A DNA stretch of 62,890 bases, from positions 1 through 62,890 of the forward strand of contig CAYIBQ010000001.1 in NCBI GenBank assembly GCA_964361695.1, in the 5' to 3' direction. The position numbers were made by a program, and so were the translations under genes. This document shows positions 1 through 8,485 of the stretch, piece after piece. Each line of letters starts with the position of its first letter. Within the stretch, counting starts at the first letter, position 1. The notes under the pieces are model-generated. The model did not search any database. It was not told the DNA's origin and worked only from the letters and a program-made list of their open reading frames with translations. The DNA comes from an uncultured Candidatus Saccharibacteria bacterium (GTDB lineage Bacteria > Patescibacteriota > Minisyncoccia > Sungbacterales > HO2-52-23).

Positions 1-826
1 TCATCTGCGCCTGTCCTGCCAAAGCCGTGCGCCGGGGTTGTTCAAAGAATATGCTTAAATCAGCGATGCCCGCTGGCATGCCTACGGTAAATACCGATTC
101 TCTTGCTTCGTTCCGATACGTGTCACCCGTCCCGAGGCCGTTGGCGATTGTACGGGTGGCAATGACGCGGCGGACAATATCCCGATCTCCAAAAAACGGA
201 CGGCGCAGGAGCTCGCTGATGTCCGGGTGGAGTATCTGATAGCCGTCTTTATCCACCGCATAGATGTGCCCTGCACTGATGGAGGGACGGTGAATGGCAG
301 AGACCAGATGCCTGATGTTGAGATCCGCAACGAGTACTGCCGCGGCGTGTCCGTCGCGAAGCATGGGCACTGCCAGCATGATGTGCGGTTCCAGTTCGGG
401 AGACACAAATATATCCCCAAACGCAGCAGAGCCGTCGCGCGCACGGGTAAAAAAAAGAGCAGCTCCGTAGTCCTCTCCGTCCCCGGGCGGCACAAACCGA
501 AACCGGTCAACGAGCAGTGCGGCGCGGCCGTTTTCTCCGGCAAGACCGGCGCTTCTCACCGCGGGATTGCGTTTGAGCAGACGCTCCAGAATGATTTTGG
601 CGCGGTCAGGATCAAAAGTGATTTCTTCAGCCGCGTGTTCCAATTCGCGCTGGAGGCCAGCCAGCGATCCGTACACGTCGTTTTGCGCACGCTCAAGGAC
701 CTCAAGCGCCAACACCGACGCCCCGCGCTCTATGTTGCGGAGTGCGGGGATAAGCCACGTGAGGTTGAGCGCCGCGAGCCCCGCGATGATCAGGACAAAG
801 AGCGCTGGAGTACGAATCGTCTGCAT
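1..826 (-). CDS. Sensor protein, N-terminal part (signal-anchor helix plus Cache/PDC-like extracytoplasmic domain). The 3' end runs off the window.
   Basis: Hand translation of the minus strand from the ATG at 826..824 gives MQTIRTPALFVLIIAGLAALNLTWLIPALRN...DIFVSPELEPHIMLAVPMLRDGHAAAVLVADLNIRHL...IYAVDKDGYQILHPD. It stays open for 275 codons to position 1. It is missing from the ORF track because it has no stop in the window. It starts 9 nt after the stop of 836..1861. Confidence 0.6.
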   Translation of the reverse strand, partial: MQTIRTPALFVLIIAGLAALNLTWLIPALRNIERGASVLALEVLERAQNDVYGSLAGLQRELEHAAEEITFDPDRAKIILERLLKRNPAVRSAGLAGENGRAALLVDRFRFVPPGDGEDYGAALFFTRARDGSAAFGDIFVSPELEPHIMLAVPMLRDGHAAAVLVADLNIRHLVSAIHRPSISAGHIYAVDKDGYQILHPDISELLRRPFFGDRDIVRRVIATRTIANGLGTGDTYRNEARESVFTVGMPAGIADLSIFFEQPRRTALAGQAQM

Positions 827-835
827 GAGACCGGC

Positions 836-1861
836 CTACCTTACGACTTCATTCACTTTTGAGAGAAAATCCTGTGCGATTGATATGTTCAGCGCCTTCG
901 CGGTCTTTAGATTCACCACCAGTTCTAATTTCTCCGGCAACTCAATAGGAATACTGGCGGGTTTGGCGCCATGCAGAACCGCATCGGCAAGGCGCGCGGC
1001 CTGTTCGCCGACGATATAATAATTTGCGCCGTAGCTCATCAAAGCGCCCTGCCGCGTGTCTTCAATATTGGTGCCGGAGAGCGGAATTTTTTTCTGCAGA
1101 GCGAACTCGCCGATGTAGCGGGCAAGCGCACCGCTCACCGAATCCGTGGCACGAACAAGACCGTCGCCAGAACGGAAAGAAAACGCCTCCAAAAACGCCT
1201 CCATCTCGTCACGATCGGCAACCTGCTGTTCTACCAGTCCCACGCCCAACGAACGCGCCGTGGTACGAACATTTTCAACGCCCGAGGTGTTGGCGTCGGA
1301 CCAGACGAAGATCATGCGCTTGAGGGACGGGATCATTTCGCGAAATAATTCTATGCGCTTGGAAACAATCACTTCGTTGTGCGGGGTGACGCCGGTCAGA
1401 TTGTTACCGGAACTTGCCATGCTGGCGACGAGCTTGCCGCCCACGGGGTTGGATACTGCGCCGAACACAATCGGCATGTCCGGAGCTGTTGCCGCAGTGA
1501 CCTCTTTGGAGGCGCGGGCGGCCAAAATACCCATGGCATAAATCATGTCAGGGCGTTCGGCCAGGAGTTCGGTCACGATCGTCTTGCTCTCGGCCAGATC
1601 CTTGCCAATAGGACGCACGATATAGCGAACATTTTTGCCCTCTTCATACCCGCGTGCCGCCATGCCCGCCTGAAACCCCTCCCACGCAGGCAGAAGCGAT
1701 GGAGGATTGGCGATCGCCGCAATCGTAATGACGCGGGCGGGTTTTTCCGAATCCCTCAATAATGTTACGCCGTAGCCCCGCTGTATCAGGAAAGCCCCGA
1801 GTGCCGCGACAGCGGCCAGGACAACGACGATGCCGATGCGCGAAATATTTTTCTGCGGCAT
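836..1861 (-). CDS. Membrane-anchored periplasmic-binding-protein-fold protein (ABC-type substrate-binding-like)
   Basis: 341-aa ORF with N-terminal hydrophobic anchor [18 protein letters not shown]. The alternating beta-alpha pattern resembles uncharacterised ABC substrate-binding proteins. It lies in an operon with sensor genes. Confidence 0.6.
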   Translation of the reverse strand: MPQKNISRIGIVVVLAAVAALGAFLIQRGYGVTLLRDSEKPARVITIAAIANPPSLLPAWEGFQAGMAARGYEEGKNVRYIVRPIGKDLAESKTIVTELLAERPDMIYAMGILAARASKEVTAATAPDMPIVFGAVSNPVGGKLVASMASSGNNLTGVTPHNEVIVSKRIELFREMIPSLKRMIFVWSDANTSGVENVRTTARSLGVGLVEQQVADRDEMEAFLEAFSFRSGDGLVRATDSVSGALARYIGEFALQKKIPLSGTNIEDTRQGALMSYGANYYIVGEQAARLADAVLHGAKPASIPIELPEKLELVVNLKTAKALNISIAQDFLSKVNEVVR

Positions 1862-1878
1862 AGATACAACAGGTTATG

Positions 1879-3093
1879 TTATTCGCCGACGGCGAACAGG
1901 ACCACCGTCTCGTTATAAAACCTCGGATCGCATTTTTCCATATTGCGCACTTCCCCGCCGAGCGGCGCTTGCTCTCCATAGGTATAAAAGCCGAGCATGG
2001 GCACATCGTGTCCGACGATCTCCATAATAGCATGTATTTCATCTCCCGCTTTCTGCGCGAAAAGTTTCTCGCGCGCAATGCAGTTGAAGATGAGCAGAAA
2101 TGAGGGTTTTGTCTTTGCGATTTCAAAATCTTTCATCAGATGCCGCGCGGCATCCTGCGCGGCATCTATCGCTTTTTCCTTGGAACCGATCATAAGCCGC
2201 ACCTCACTGCCTTCGGGTATTTCCGCAGCGCATGTGATGGAGCCGTCCTTATTCACGGTAATCGGGTCGCGAATGAGATACTCTTCAGGATATTCAGGAA
2301 TTTTCAGGCCCAAGGGATACGTGATCGCAAGCCGCGCCAGCGCCTCTTTGCGCAATTCTTCCGCTTTGGCTCCAAAATAATCCTCATAAATAGATATCGC
2401 GGGTTTGCCGTCAAGTTCGTGGAGCACCGCTCCCTCGGCGCGGGTTACTTTCATCGGCATGCCGATGGGCACCCATCCGTGGCGTACTCCGATGCCGATC
2501 GTAGCCGTACCCGCAAGCCCCACGCCCATGACGGCTCCGCTGACTACGCCGTCATTATGATATTCATATGTTTTTTCAAACATGAAATCGTCCCCTGCGG
2601 CTCCGCCCACGATTGGGAAATGCGCGCCAAGCACATCGGCGACACCGCGCACAATATCGGCGCCGTTGCCGGCCAGCACGTCCGGCAACATAACAAAAGC
2701 GCGCAGGGCGCTACGAGCACTGCTCGTAGCGGCGGCTTTCCCCAATACCTCGCGCGCAACACTGCGTCCCGCTGTACGCGCATCAGCCGCAATGTCACGC
2801 CCTATGCCGGTATAAAAGGAGAGTGTGTCCGAACGTATGGCCATGACGCCAATGGACTTCTGGCTCGGACCCTCATTGCTGATTTCTCCCGCCGTACTGC
2901 ACCCGATGAAAGGTACTGCGCCCGCGGCTTCTTTGACGCCGCGCACCACATCTTCGGGGTGGAGCGCCGGAGACGCAAACACAAACAAAAAATTCACGCC
3001 TGTACCCGCGCGTTCCATCGCCGTTTTTGCCGCGGTATACGCCGCCTGATAGGCATCGGCTCCCTTGCTGATTCCTACACCTGCTTGAATCAT
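1879..3093 (-). CDS. FIST-domain signal transduction protein
   Basis: 404 aa. FIST N/C-like motifs FIGCSTAGEI and GFYTYGEQAP. Sits between a receiver-domain gene and sensor genes. Confidence 0.7.
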   Translation of the reverse strand: MIQAGVGISKGADAYQAAYTAAKTAMERAGTGVNFLFVFASPALHPEDVVRGVKEAAGAVPFIGCSTAGEISNEGPSQKSIGVMAIRSDTLSFYTGIGRDIAADARTAGRSVAREVLGKAAATSSARSALRAFVMLPDVLAGNGADIVRGVADVLGAHFPIVGGAAGDDFMFEKTYEYHNDGVVSGAVMGVGLAGTATIGIGVRHGWVPIGMPMKVTRAEGAVLHELDGKPAISIYEDYFGAKAEELRKEALARLAITYPLGLKIPEYPEEYLIRDPITVNKDGSITCAAEIPEGSEVRLMIGSKEKAIDAAQDAARHLMKDFEIAKTKPSFLLIFNCIAREKLFAQKAGDEIHAIMEIVGHDVPMLGFYTYGEQAPLGGEVRNMEKCDPRFYNETVVLFAVGE

Positions 3094-3106
3094 ATGAACG
3101 TACTCG

Positions 3107-3934
3107 TTATTTGCTAAGTATCGCGCCCACCTTTTCTACAATCTCTATAGGTGAAATGTTCGCTTTCACGATATAGGCCGCGGCCCCCAGGCGGATGCCT
3201 CTGTCAATCTCTTCGCGCTGGCCAAGATTGGAGATCACCACTACGGGTATGGCACGCCACTGCTCGTGCTGTTTGAGTTCCGTAAGAAAAGCAAACCCGT
3301 CCATCCCGGGCAGAACCATATCCAAAAGAATTGCGTCTATCGCACTGGATGCCAGGGCACTGCGCGCCTCGCCTGCGTCTATCGCCTTGACGACACGGTA
3401 TCCCTCGGCAAGAAATTTTCGTTCAAGCAATCCGACCAGCAGAAAATCGTCTTCCACGACGAGCACGGTCCGGTGTACTCCCATCACCGGCTTTTTCATT
3501 TTTTTCTGTTCAGGACGGCTGCCTGTTTTTTCCGCATGCAAAATATTTTCAACCCGCATCAGCACTTCATGCGGATCAAAATTTACTTTGATCAGATAAT
3601 CGCGCACACCCAACTGCAATGCCCGCTCCAATTCAATGGGCTGGCCGGAATTGGAAATAATAAGCACCGGTGTGGCGGGCAGAAGATCCGCTTCTTTCAT
3701 CTTCTGTAGAATCTGAAACCCGCTCATCCCGGGCAACATCATGTCCAGCAATACCAAATCGGGCTTGACGTCTTTCACCAGCGCCAAACCCGCAATGCCG
3801 TCCCGCGCCACGGTTACGTCGTATCCGGAGGCAACCAGCCGCGCACGCAGAAGCTCTAGCAAAACTTCCTCATCCTCAATCAGCAACAGACGTTTTTTCC
3901 CCGCCGCAGTGGGTCTTTTCGTTCCTTCCGCCAT
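3107..3934 (-). CDS. Response regulator with two tandem receiver (REC) domains and no output domain
   Basis: Two copies of the pattern LLIEDEE...DLVLLDMMLPGMSG...ISN / VLVVEDD...DAILLDMVLPGMDG...K. Confidence 0.85.
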   Translation of the reverse strand: MAEGTKRPTAAGKKRLLLIEDEEVLLELLRARLVASGYDVTVARDGIAGLALVKDVKPDLVLLDMMLPGMSGFQILQKMKEADLLPATPVLIISNSGQPIELERALQLGVRDYLIKVNFDPHEVLMRVENILHAEKTGSRPEQKKMKKPVMGVHRTVLVVEDDFLLVGLLERKFLAEGYRVVKAIDAGEARSALASSAIDAILLDMVLPGMDGFAFLTELKQHEQWRAIPVVVISNLGQREEIDRGIRLGAAAYIVKANISPIEIVEKVGAILSK

Positions 3935-3976
3935 GCCTGTATGGTACCCCGTCCGGATGCCAAGAGAAAGGGGCGA

Positions 3977-3985
3977 TGTGGATAA
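3977..3985 (-). promoter_or_regulatory. DnaA-box-identical 9-mer (TTATCCACA on minus strand), 43 nt upstream of the start at 3934
   Basis: Plus strand reads atgTGTGGATAActc. One of six intergenic copies. Confidence 0.4.
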
Positions 3986-4095
3986 CTCGGATGCGTCGCA
4001 GACGTAAAGGCCGAGGAAAAATCCCGAAGAAACGCATCACCCCGCGCGGATGCGCGGGGTTGTGTGACGGAATCCTCTTCGGGATGGCACTATCA

Positions 4096-4629
4096 TTATC
4101 GCTGAACCTGAATAAGGGGCCCTGTCCCGGTCGGCTCTGATTCACATGAGCCAACCGTGATCGTGCCGGAAGAATTCCTTACTATATAATAGCCCGTGCG
4201 CGCTCCATCCCAAGTTATTCCACTATCATTCCCGCTCGGTGCGGTAGGATTTGCGGCAATATAAGTGGTTATCGCATTCACCCCTCCCGTGTCAGAATCA
4301 AGATCGTACCCATTAGCAAGACCAATGGCCACTTCACAATCTGCTGGAGATGCAGTAGTGCAGGCACCACCGCATGTCCCGATCATATAGGGCGTACCCG
4401 CGGTTAAACCAGTAAAAGTCACCATATAGGCACCGCCATCATCTACTTGTTTTACTTTAATCGCGCTTGCCATCGCCGAAAGATCCGACCAGCGCCGCGC
4501 GTTTCTGGAGTCCTCCAAGCGTTTGCCGGGATTCAGCGCGACGAACGCGACTGCGGCAATGATGCCCACGATTGCGACCGCGATAAGTATTTCAATCAGC
4601 GTAAAGCCCTTTGAATATTTTTTTATCAT
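4096..4629 (-). CDS. Type IV pilin (probable major pilin)
   Basis: Prepilin leader plus class III signal: MIKKYSKG/FTLIEILIAVAIVGIIAAVAFVAL. 177 aa with C-terminal cysteines. Confidence 0.85.
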   Translation of the reverse strand: MIKKYSKGFTLIEILIAVAIVGIIAAVAFVALNPGKRLEDSRNARRWSDLSAMASAIKVKQVDDGGAYMVTFTGLTAGTPYMIGTCGGACTTASPADCEVAIGLANGYDLDSDTGGVNAITTYIAANPTAPSGNDSGITWDGARTGYYIVRNSSGTITVGSCESEPTGTGPLIQVQR

Positions 4630-4725
4630 AATGCTTAAAAATTAGAAATAATAAAAAGTGAAAGAAAAAAGTTGGTTTGGATTTTGTGGACTGAACGACC
4701 TTTTGGTTTAGACGGTAGGTTCTTA

Positions 4726-4758
4726 GCTTTTTAGGAACACTGCCACCTCCTAAAAAGC
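4726..4758 (-). promoter_or_regulatory. 11-bp-stem hairpin GCTTTTTAGGA/TCCTAAAAAGC in the intergenic region upstream of the pilin gene
   Basis: Arms at 4726..4736 and 4748..4758. The preceding 16-mer TTCTTAGCTTTTTAGG (4720..4735) is identical to 12132..12147. Confidence 0.5.
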
Positions 4759-4770
4759 CATGATCTAATT

Positions 4771-6780
4771 TTATTCTTTCTTCGCGTACTCCGAGTGCAC
4801 CCAGACCTTGGCGCCGCCCTCACCTCCCATATCTATTTTATACCATTCTCCGTCCTCCTCCAGCAACACATACTTTTCCCCAGGGTGCACGCGAGTTACA
4901 ATCGCGTGCGTGATATCGGGGCCATTACGGGCGTTGAGCCAGCCGGTATCTGTCTTGAGAATCACGACGCGCGACAACACGTGCGCCTCGGTATTTCCCA
5001 CGCTCTGCTCTGCTCCAGCGTTTTTCACCGTAATGAGCGTTGGCGTCTTGATGCGTATGCGGCCGGATACCGTAAACGTCTTGGAATCTGCAGTCGGTGT
5101 AATATTGAGTATCGTAACCAGGGGCGATAGAACGCGGAAGTCGGCGCCGGTTTTCTGCTCCATGTGCGCCAACATGCGATCAACGATGTCATCGTAGCGA
5201 TACAGGAGCCACGAAATCCGTAACGGAAAGGTAATCTTGGTCACGTCCACGGGTATGGTGATCGCCTCCTGCCAGAGCGCCATACCGCGCTGGCGCGCAC
5301 CTGTAGCCGCTTCCGCCCTGCCGCGCGCCACAGCGTCCAGATAGCCGGATGCCTGATCAATTTCCGTTTCAAAAACCACTCCCGTGACACTCTCGGGGGT
5401 ATTCGCCTCATCAGTAGAGACGATGATCGGAATAGTATCATTGAAGACCTGTACACCGGACTCGCGCAACACGATTGTCGAAGATGTCTCGGCATGCAAG
5501 CGCGCCTCCACCATATCGCGCACCTGTCCGGCGCCAAAAACGCCGCCTATGCCCGCGACCAGCACTCCAAGCAACACTATCTTCTGGCCACGCGTTGCCG
5601 GAATGCGCACGAATTGCACCGGTGCGATGACGATAGATGGCGATACCCCTTCCTGGTCTTCCGCATGGACAGATGACGACGCGGCACCTGCTTCCACGGC
5701 AGTATCGTTCGTTTCTCCGGCATCGCCCAAAAACGCGGGGTCCATAATATATTTTTGGGGATATAAGCCGCGGAGAGCCAGCCCCCCAGCGACAATATAC
5801 TCCAAAAACCCCTGATTGCGCAGCACCACGGATTCTCCTAGCCACACCGACATGCCCACATTTTCCTCATAATACTCCTTGATGTCCTTGAGCTTTGCTG
5901 ATCCGCCAATGAGGATCACCCGATCCACGCGCTCGCCGGTTTTCTCCTGAAAATACTCAATACCCGCTTTAACCCGTGTCGTAATGACCTGCAGGATTTT
6001 TGCGATAACAAAAAAACTCTTCCCTGTCGTGTCCGAGAGTCCCTGTTTGATTTTCACCTGTTCCGCTTCACGCGGCGATATGTTCAGTTCCTTGCTCAAC
6101 GCCAAGGTCATTGCGTCTCCAGCTTCAGCAAGCGTTTGGAGGTATCGGAGTCCGCCTTTGGAAAAAATGGAGATGGTGGTTGCGGCGGCACCAATGTCCA
6201 CAATGCAGACCGGCGACTGCAGCCGGTCGCGAAACAGGCCGCGCGCCGCAGCAATGGTCTCGCTCTCATACGCATCCACGGAAAATCCCGCCTGCCGAAA
6301 AAGCGCTTGCCACTCCGCGAAAACGTGCTTTGAGACAGCGATAAGAATGACGCCCGTGCGCCGCGGAGTTTCATAGAGCGTCGCATACGTATAGAGCGCT
6401 TCGTCTTTTGGGAGAGGAATACTCGATTTCATCTCCTCTTCCACGAGCATATCGCGGTCCTCGCGCTTATGCTCTGCAAGTTCAAAAACACGGGTATACA
6501 TCTGCCCCTCTGGGATGCCAAACGTGATTCGCTTCGGCTCAATGGGGTTGGGTCGGGCGTTTTTTACCGTAGTCGCCAGCGCTTCGGCCAATTTCTGCGC
6601 GTTCTTGATCCGTCCCCGCTCCACCACGCCGCGGGGGAGCAAAACGCGGTTCATGCCGACAATTTTTACTTCTCCGCCTTCGTCGGACAGAGCGACGATC
6701 TCAATCGTGCGGTCAGAAATATCAAGCCCGACAGGGCTTGTTTTCAGCATAGCGGCAATGCGCGACCATTGTTGAGACAT
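4771..6780 (-). CDS. pilM: PilM-like actin-fold pilus assembly protein fused to a TM segment, a long extracytoplasmic region and a C-terminal SH3b-like domain
   Basis: The N-terminal ~350 aa are PilM/FtsA-like (VGLDISDRTIEIV, IVDIGAAATTISIF, VILIGGSAKL). A TM segment is KIVLLGVLVAGIGGVFGAG. The C-terminus GWLNARNGPD...GEKYVLLEEDGEWYKI is SH3b-like. Confidence 0.7.
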   Translation of the reverse strand: MSQQWSRIAAMLKTSPVGLDISDRTIEIVALSDEGGEVKIVGMNRVLLPRGVVERGRIKNAQKLAEALATTVKNARPNPIEPKRITFGIPEGQMYTRVFELAEHKREDRDMLVEEEMKSSIPLPKDEALYTYATLYETPRRTGVILIAVSKHVFAEWQALFRQAGFSVDAYESETIAAARGLFRDRLQSPVCIVDIGAAATTISIFSKGGLRYLQTLAEAGDAMTLALSKELNISPREAEQVKIKQGLSDTTGKSFFVIAKILQVITTRVKAGIEYFQEKTGERVDRVILIGGSAKLKDIKEYYEENVGMSVWLGESVVLRNQGFLEYIVAGGLALRGLYPQKYIMDPAFLGDAGETNDTAVEAGAASSSVHAEDQEGVSPSIVIAPVQFVRIPATRGQKIVLLGVLVAGIGGVFGAGQVRDMVEARLHAETSSTIVLRESGVQVFNDTIPIIVSTDEANTPESVTGVVFETEIDQASGYLDAVARGRAEAATGARQRGMALWQEAITIPVDVTKITFPLRISWLLYRYDDIVDRMLAHMEQKTGADFRVLSPLVTILNITPTADSKTFTVSGRIRIKTPTLITVKNAGAEQSVGNTEAHVLSRVVILKTDTGWLNARNGPDITHAIVTRVHPGEKYVLLEEDGEWYKIDMGGEGGAKVWVHSEYAKKE

Positions 6781-6844
6781 TAGCGCAAAAAGTTAAACGC
6801 GTTTTTACTATTGTACCATAACGAGCATGGAGACATTGCGGGAG

Positions 6845-6853
6845 TTATCCACA
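6845..6853 (+). promoter_or_regulatory. DnaA-box-identical 9-mer TTATCCACA, 65 nt upstream of the pilM-like start (orientation inverted relative to the other copies)
   Basis: Plus strand reads gagTTATCCACAtat, in the 79-nt gap between 6780 and 6860. Confidence 0.35.
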
Positions 6854-6859
6854 TATCTA

Positions 6860-7348
6860 TCAAGGTATCTCTTCCCACCTCCCTATGGTTATGGCGTTTG
6901 TCTCGTCACTGGTCCCGGTAATGGTTAGCTCCGCGCATACTTTTTTGGAGTAGCCGCTCGTGGAAGGACATGAGGCAACGGTGCAGCCGGTTGCGGTTAT
7001 CCCGATGGACGTTCCGGCGACAAAATTGGCGCATGTCCCTCCGCTTGACGTAACGGCTTGCTGTATCGCAACACTGCACGATCCGCCGCCCGCAACCGGC
7101 GGCGTAATAGAGCCGCTAAGCAACGGGGCGATTCGCAGGCGCCGTAGCGCTTCTTCCATGCACCCATCGGCAATGGCAAACGCCCGCGCTCCCTGCTGGG
7201 ACGTGTAACCGGACTCCAGTTCTCCGAGGCCGAGCAGGGACGAATTGTACGCCATGATCAAAGCCGCCGCACCAATGACGACGATCGCAAGAAGAGCGGC
7301 AAAGCCCGAGCGAGGTTGCGGGCGGCAGGTTTTAGGAGGTAGGGCCAT
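6860..7348 (-). CDS. Minor pilin / PilX-like protein
   Basis: Short basic leader followed by the hydrophobic helix GFAALLAIVVIGAAALIMAY. Lies inside the minor-pilin block. Confidence 0.5.
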   Translation of the reverse strand: MALPPKTCRPQPRSGFAALLAIVVIGAAALIMAYNSSLLGLGELESGYTSQQGARAFAIADGCMEEALRRLRIAPLLSGSITPPVAGGGSCSVAIQQAVTSSGGTCANFVAGTSIGITATGCTVASCPSTSGYSKKVCAELTITGTSDETNAITIGRWEEIP

Positions 7349-7349
7349 G

Positions 7350-7856
7350 CTACTGCCGCACGCTTACGGCGGTCGTAAAATCCTTTGAGTAGGTAAACGC
7401 GGAGCTTCCCGAGGGATTGTCGTAGGCAATGGTGAGGTTGATCTTGATATTCTCGCGAGAACCGGTTCCGGTGAGGTTGGTAAACGCCAAGGCCGTTACC
7501 GTCACGTCATCGCTGGTGATGGTCATAACAACCGGCGCACCATCCGTATCTTCCGTAATACGCAGAGTATTGCCGGCATCGCGATCAATTGCGGTCGGGT
7601 GTTTTGCCGGATTTGCCGTGCTGAAATCAAGCGTCAAGACAGTCGGCGTTACGCTGACGATTCCATTTGCGGCGCGGATGCGCTGGCTGATAACTTCCAG
7701 GGCGGTTCTGCCGTTTGCGTGTACCTCCTGCGCTACATACGTCTTGGTACGGGAATTGCTGACCGAGAGGATGAAATAGGTAAAACTCAAGATCGCACCT
7801 GAAATAATAGCGAGGTATATGACAAGCTCTAGAAGTGTAAATCCTGGATTTCTCAT
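7350..7856 (-). CDS. Minor pilin with prepilin-type N-terminal cleavage/methylation motif
   Basis: MRNPG/FTLLELVIYLAIISG. I start it at the internal ATG 7856..7854, which forms an ATGA overlap with the stop of 7853..8482. The track ORF extends to 7919. Confidence 0.75.
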   Translation of the reverse strand: MRNPGFTLLELVIYLAIISGAILSFTYFILSVSNSRTKTYVAQEVHANGRTALEVISQRIRAANGIVSVTPTVLTLDFSTANPAKHPTAIDRDAGNTLRITEDTDGAPVVMTITSDDVTVTALAFTNLTGTGSRENIKINLTIAYDNPSGSSAFTYSKDFTTAVSVRQ

Positions 7857-8482
7857 TGCGGTGTGAGCGTGATGCTTGTTCCGTCGCCCAGCGTTGTTGA
7901 GTATTCTACGGATGCGCACGCTCCTGTCGTACAGTTGAGTCCCTGTGCCGTTGTATCCTGTAGCTTATCACTGCTGCCCCAATTGGTGAGGTACGCGCGC
8001 TTTTCCACGGTGTTGTTGATGCCCGCGCGCGTAAGCCAGGTTACCGTAACTACCGCTTCTTTTGTGTGCGGATCGTTGTAGGTGCTCCCGCCGCATGGGG
8101 TTGTGATGGCATTCGTAGTATTGTCGCGACACACGTCAGAAAACACGATACTACGGGTAAACTTCCCATTGGTGCCAAGACCAGTTTGTGATGCGCCAGC
8201 CGCGATATTCCACTTCGTGCCGTCGTCAGAAACTACACAGGTCGTGCAGGTGATCTGATTCCATTCGCGGTCGCGCACTGCGTGCGTCGCGTCCAGCCCC
8301 AATTGCGCGAACGCTTCGGCTTCGGTCTGCTCTCCGCCCTGCTCAAGCCCTCGAAACCCGCCCACGGCCATGGTAATCAATACACCGGCAATCGCGGCAA
8401 AAACGGCGATTGCAAGGATGGCTTCAAGGAGACCTTGGCCACGATTAGGTTGAAAGACAAACATGCGTGTCAAGAGGTACAA
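7853..8482 (-). CDS. Minor pilin-like protein
   Basis: N-terminus NRGQ/GLLEAILAIAVFAAIAGVLI is a degenerate prepilin motif. 209 aa, cysteine-containing C-terminal domain. Confidence 0.6.
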   Translation of the reverse strand: MYLLTRMFVFQPNRGQGLLEAILAIAVFAAIAGVLITMAVGGFRGLEQGGEQTEAEAFAQLGLDATHAVRDREWNQITCTTCVVSDDGTKWNIAAGASQTGLGTNGKFTRSIVFSDVCRDNTTNAITTPCGGSTYNDPHTKEAVVTVTWLTRAGINNTVEKRAYLTNWGSSDKLQDTTAQGLNCTTGACASVEYSTTLGDGTSITLTPQ

Positions 8483-8485
8483 GGG

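Noticed and set aside
82-862. Track ORFs 82..543 (minus) and 227..862 (plus) as genes
   Set aside because: Both translate to R/S/C/P-rich, non-protein-like sequence. The third minus-strand frame gives a convincing TM-plus-sensor-domain protein that starts at 826 and is open to the window edge, so these two are shadow ORFs.
2140-3117. Long antisense ORFs inside large genes (for example 2140..3117, 15804..16670, 22491..23399, 34510..35226, 51431..52459, 54675..55457)
   Set aside because: All lie opposite strongly motif-supported genes and have R/S/G/C/P-biased, repeat-free translations typical of shadow frames in GC-rich DNA. None has a recognisable motif.
4630-4770. Sigma54 promoter upstream of the major pilin (TGGCAG on the minus strand)
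   Set aside because: The GG-N10-GC spacing is not met: TGGCAGTGTTCCTAAAA has AA where the -12 GC should be.
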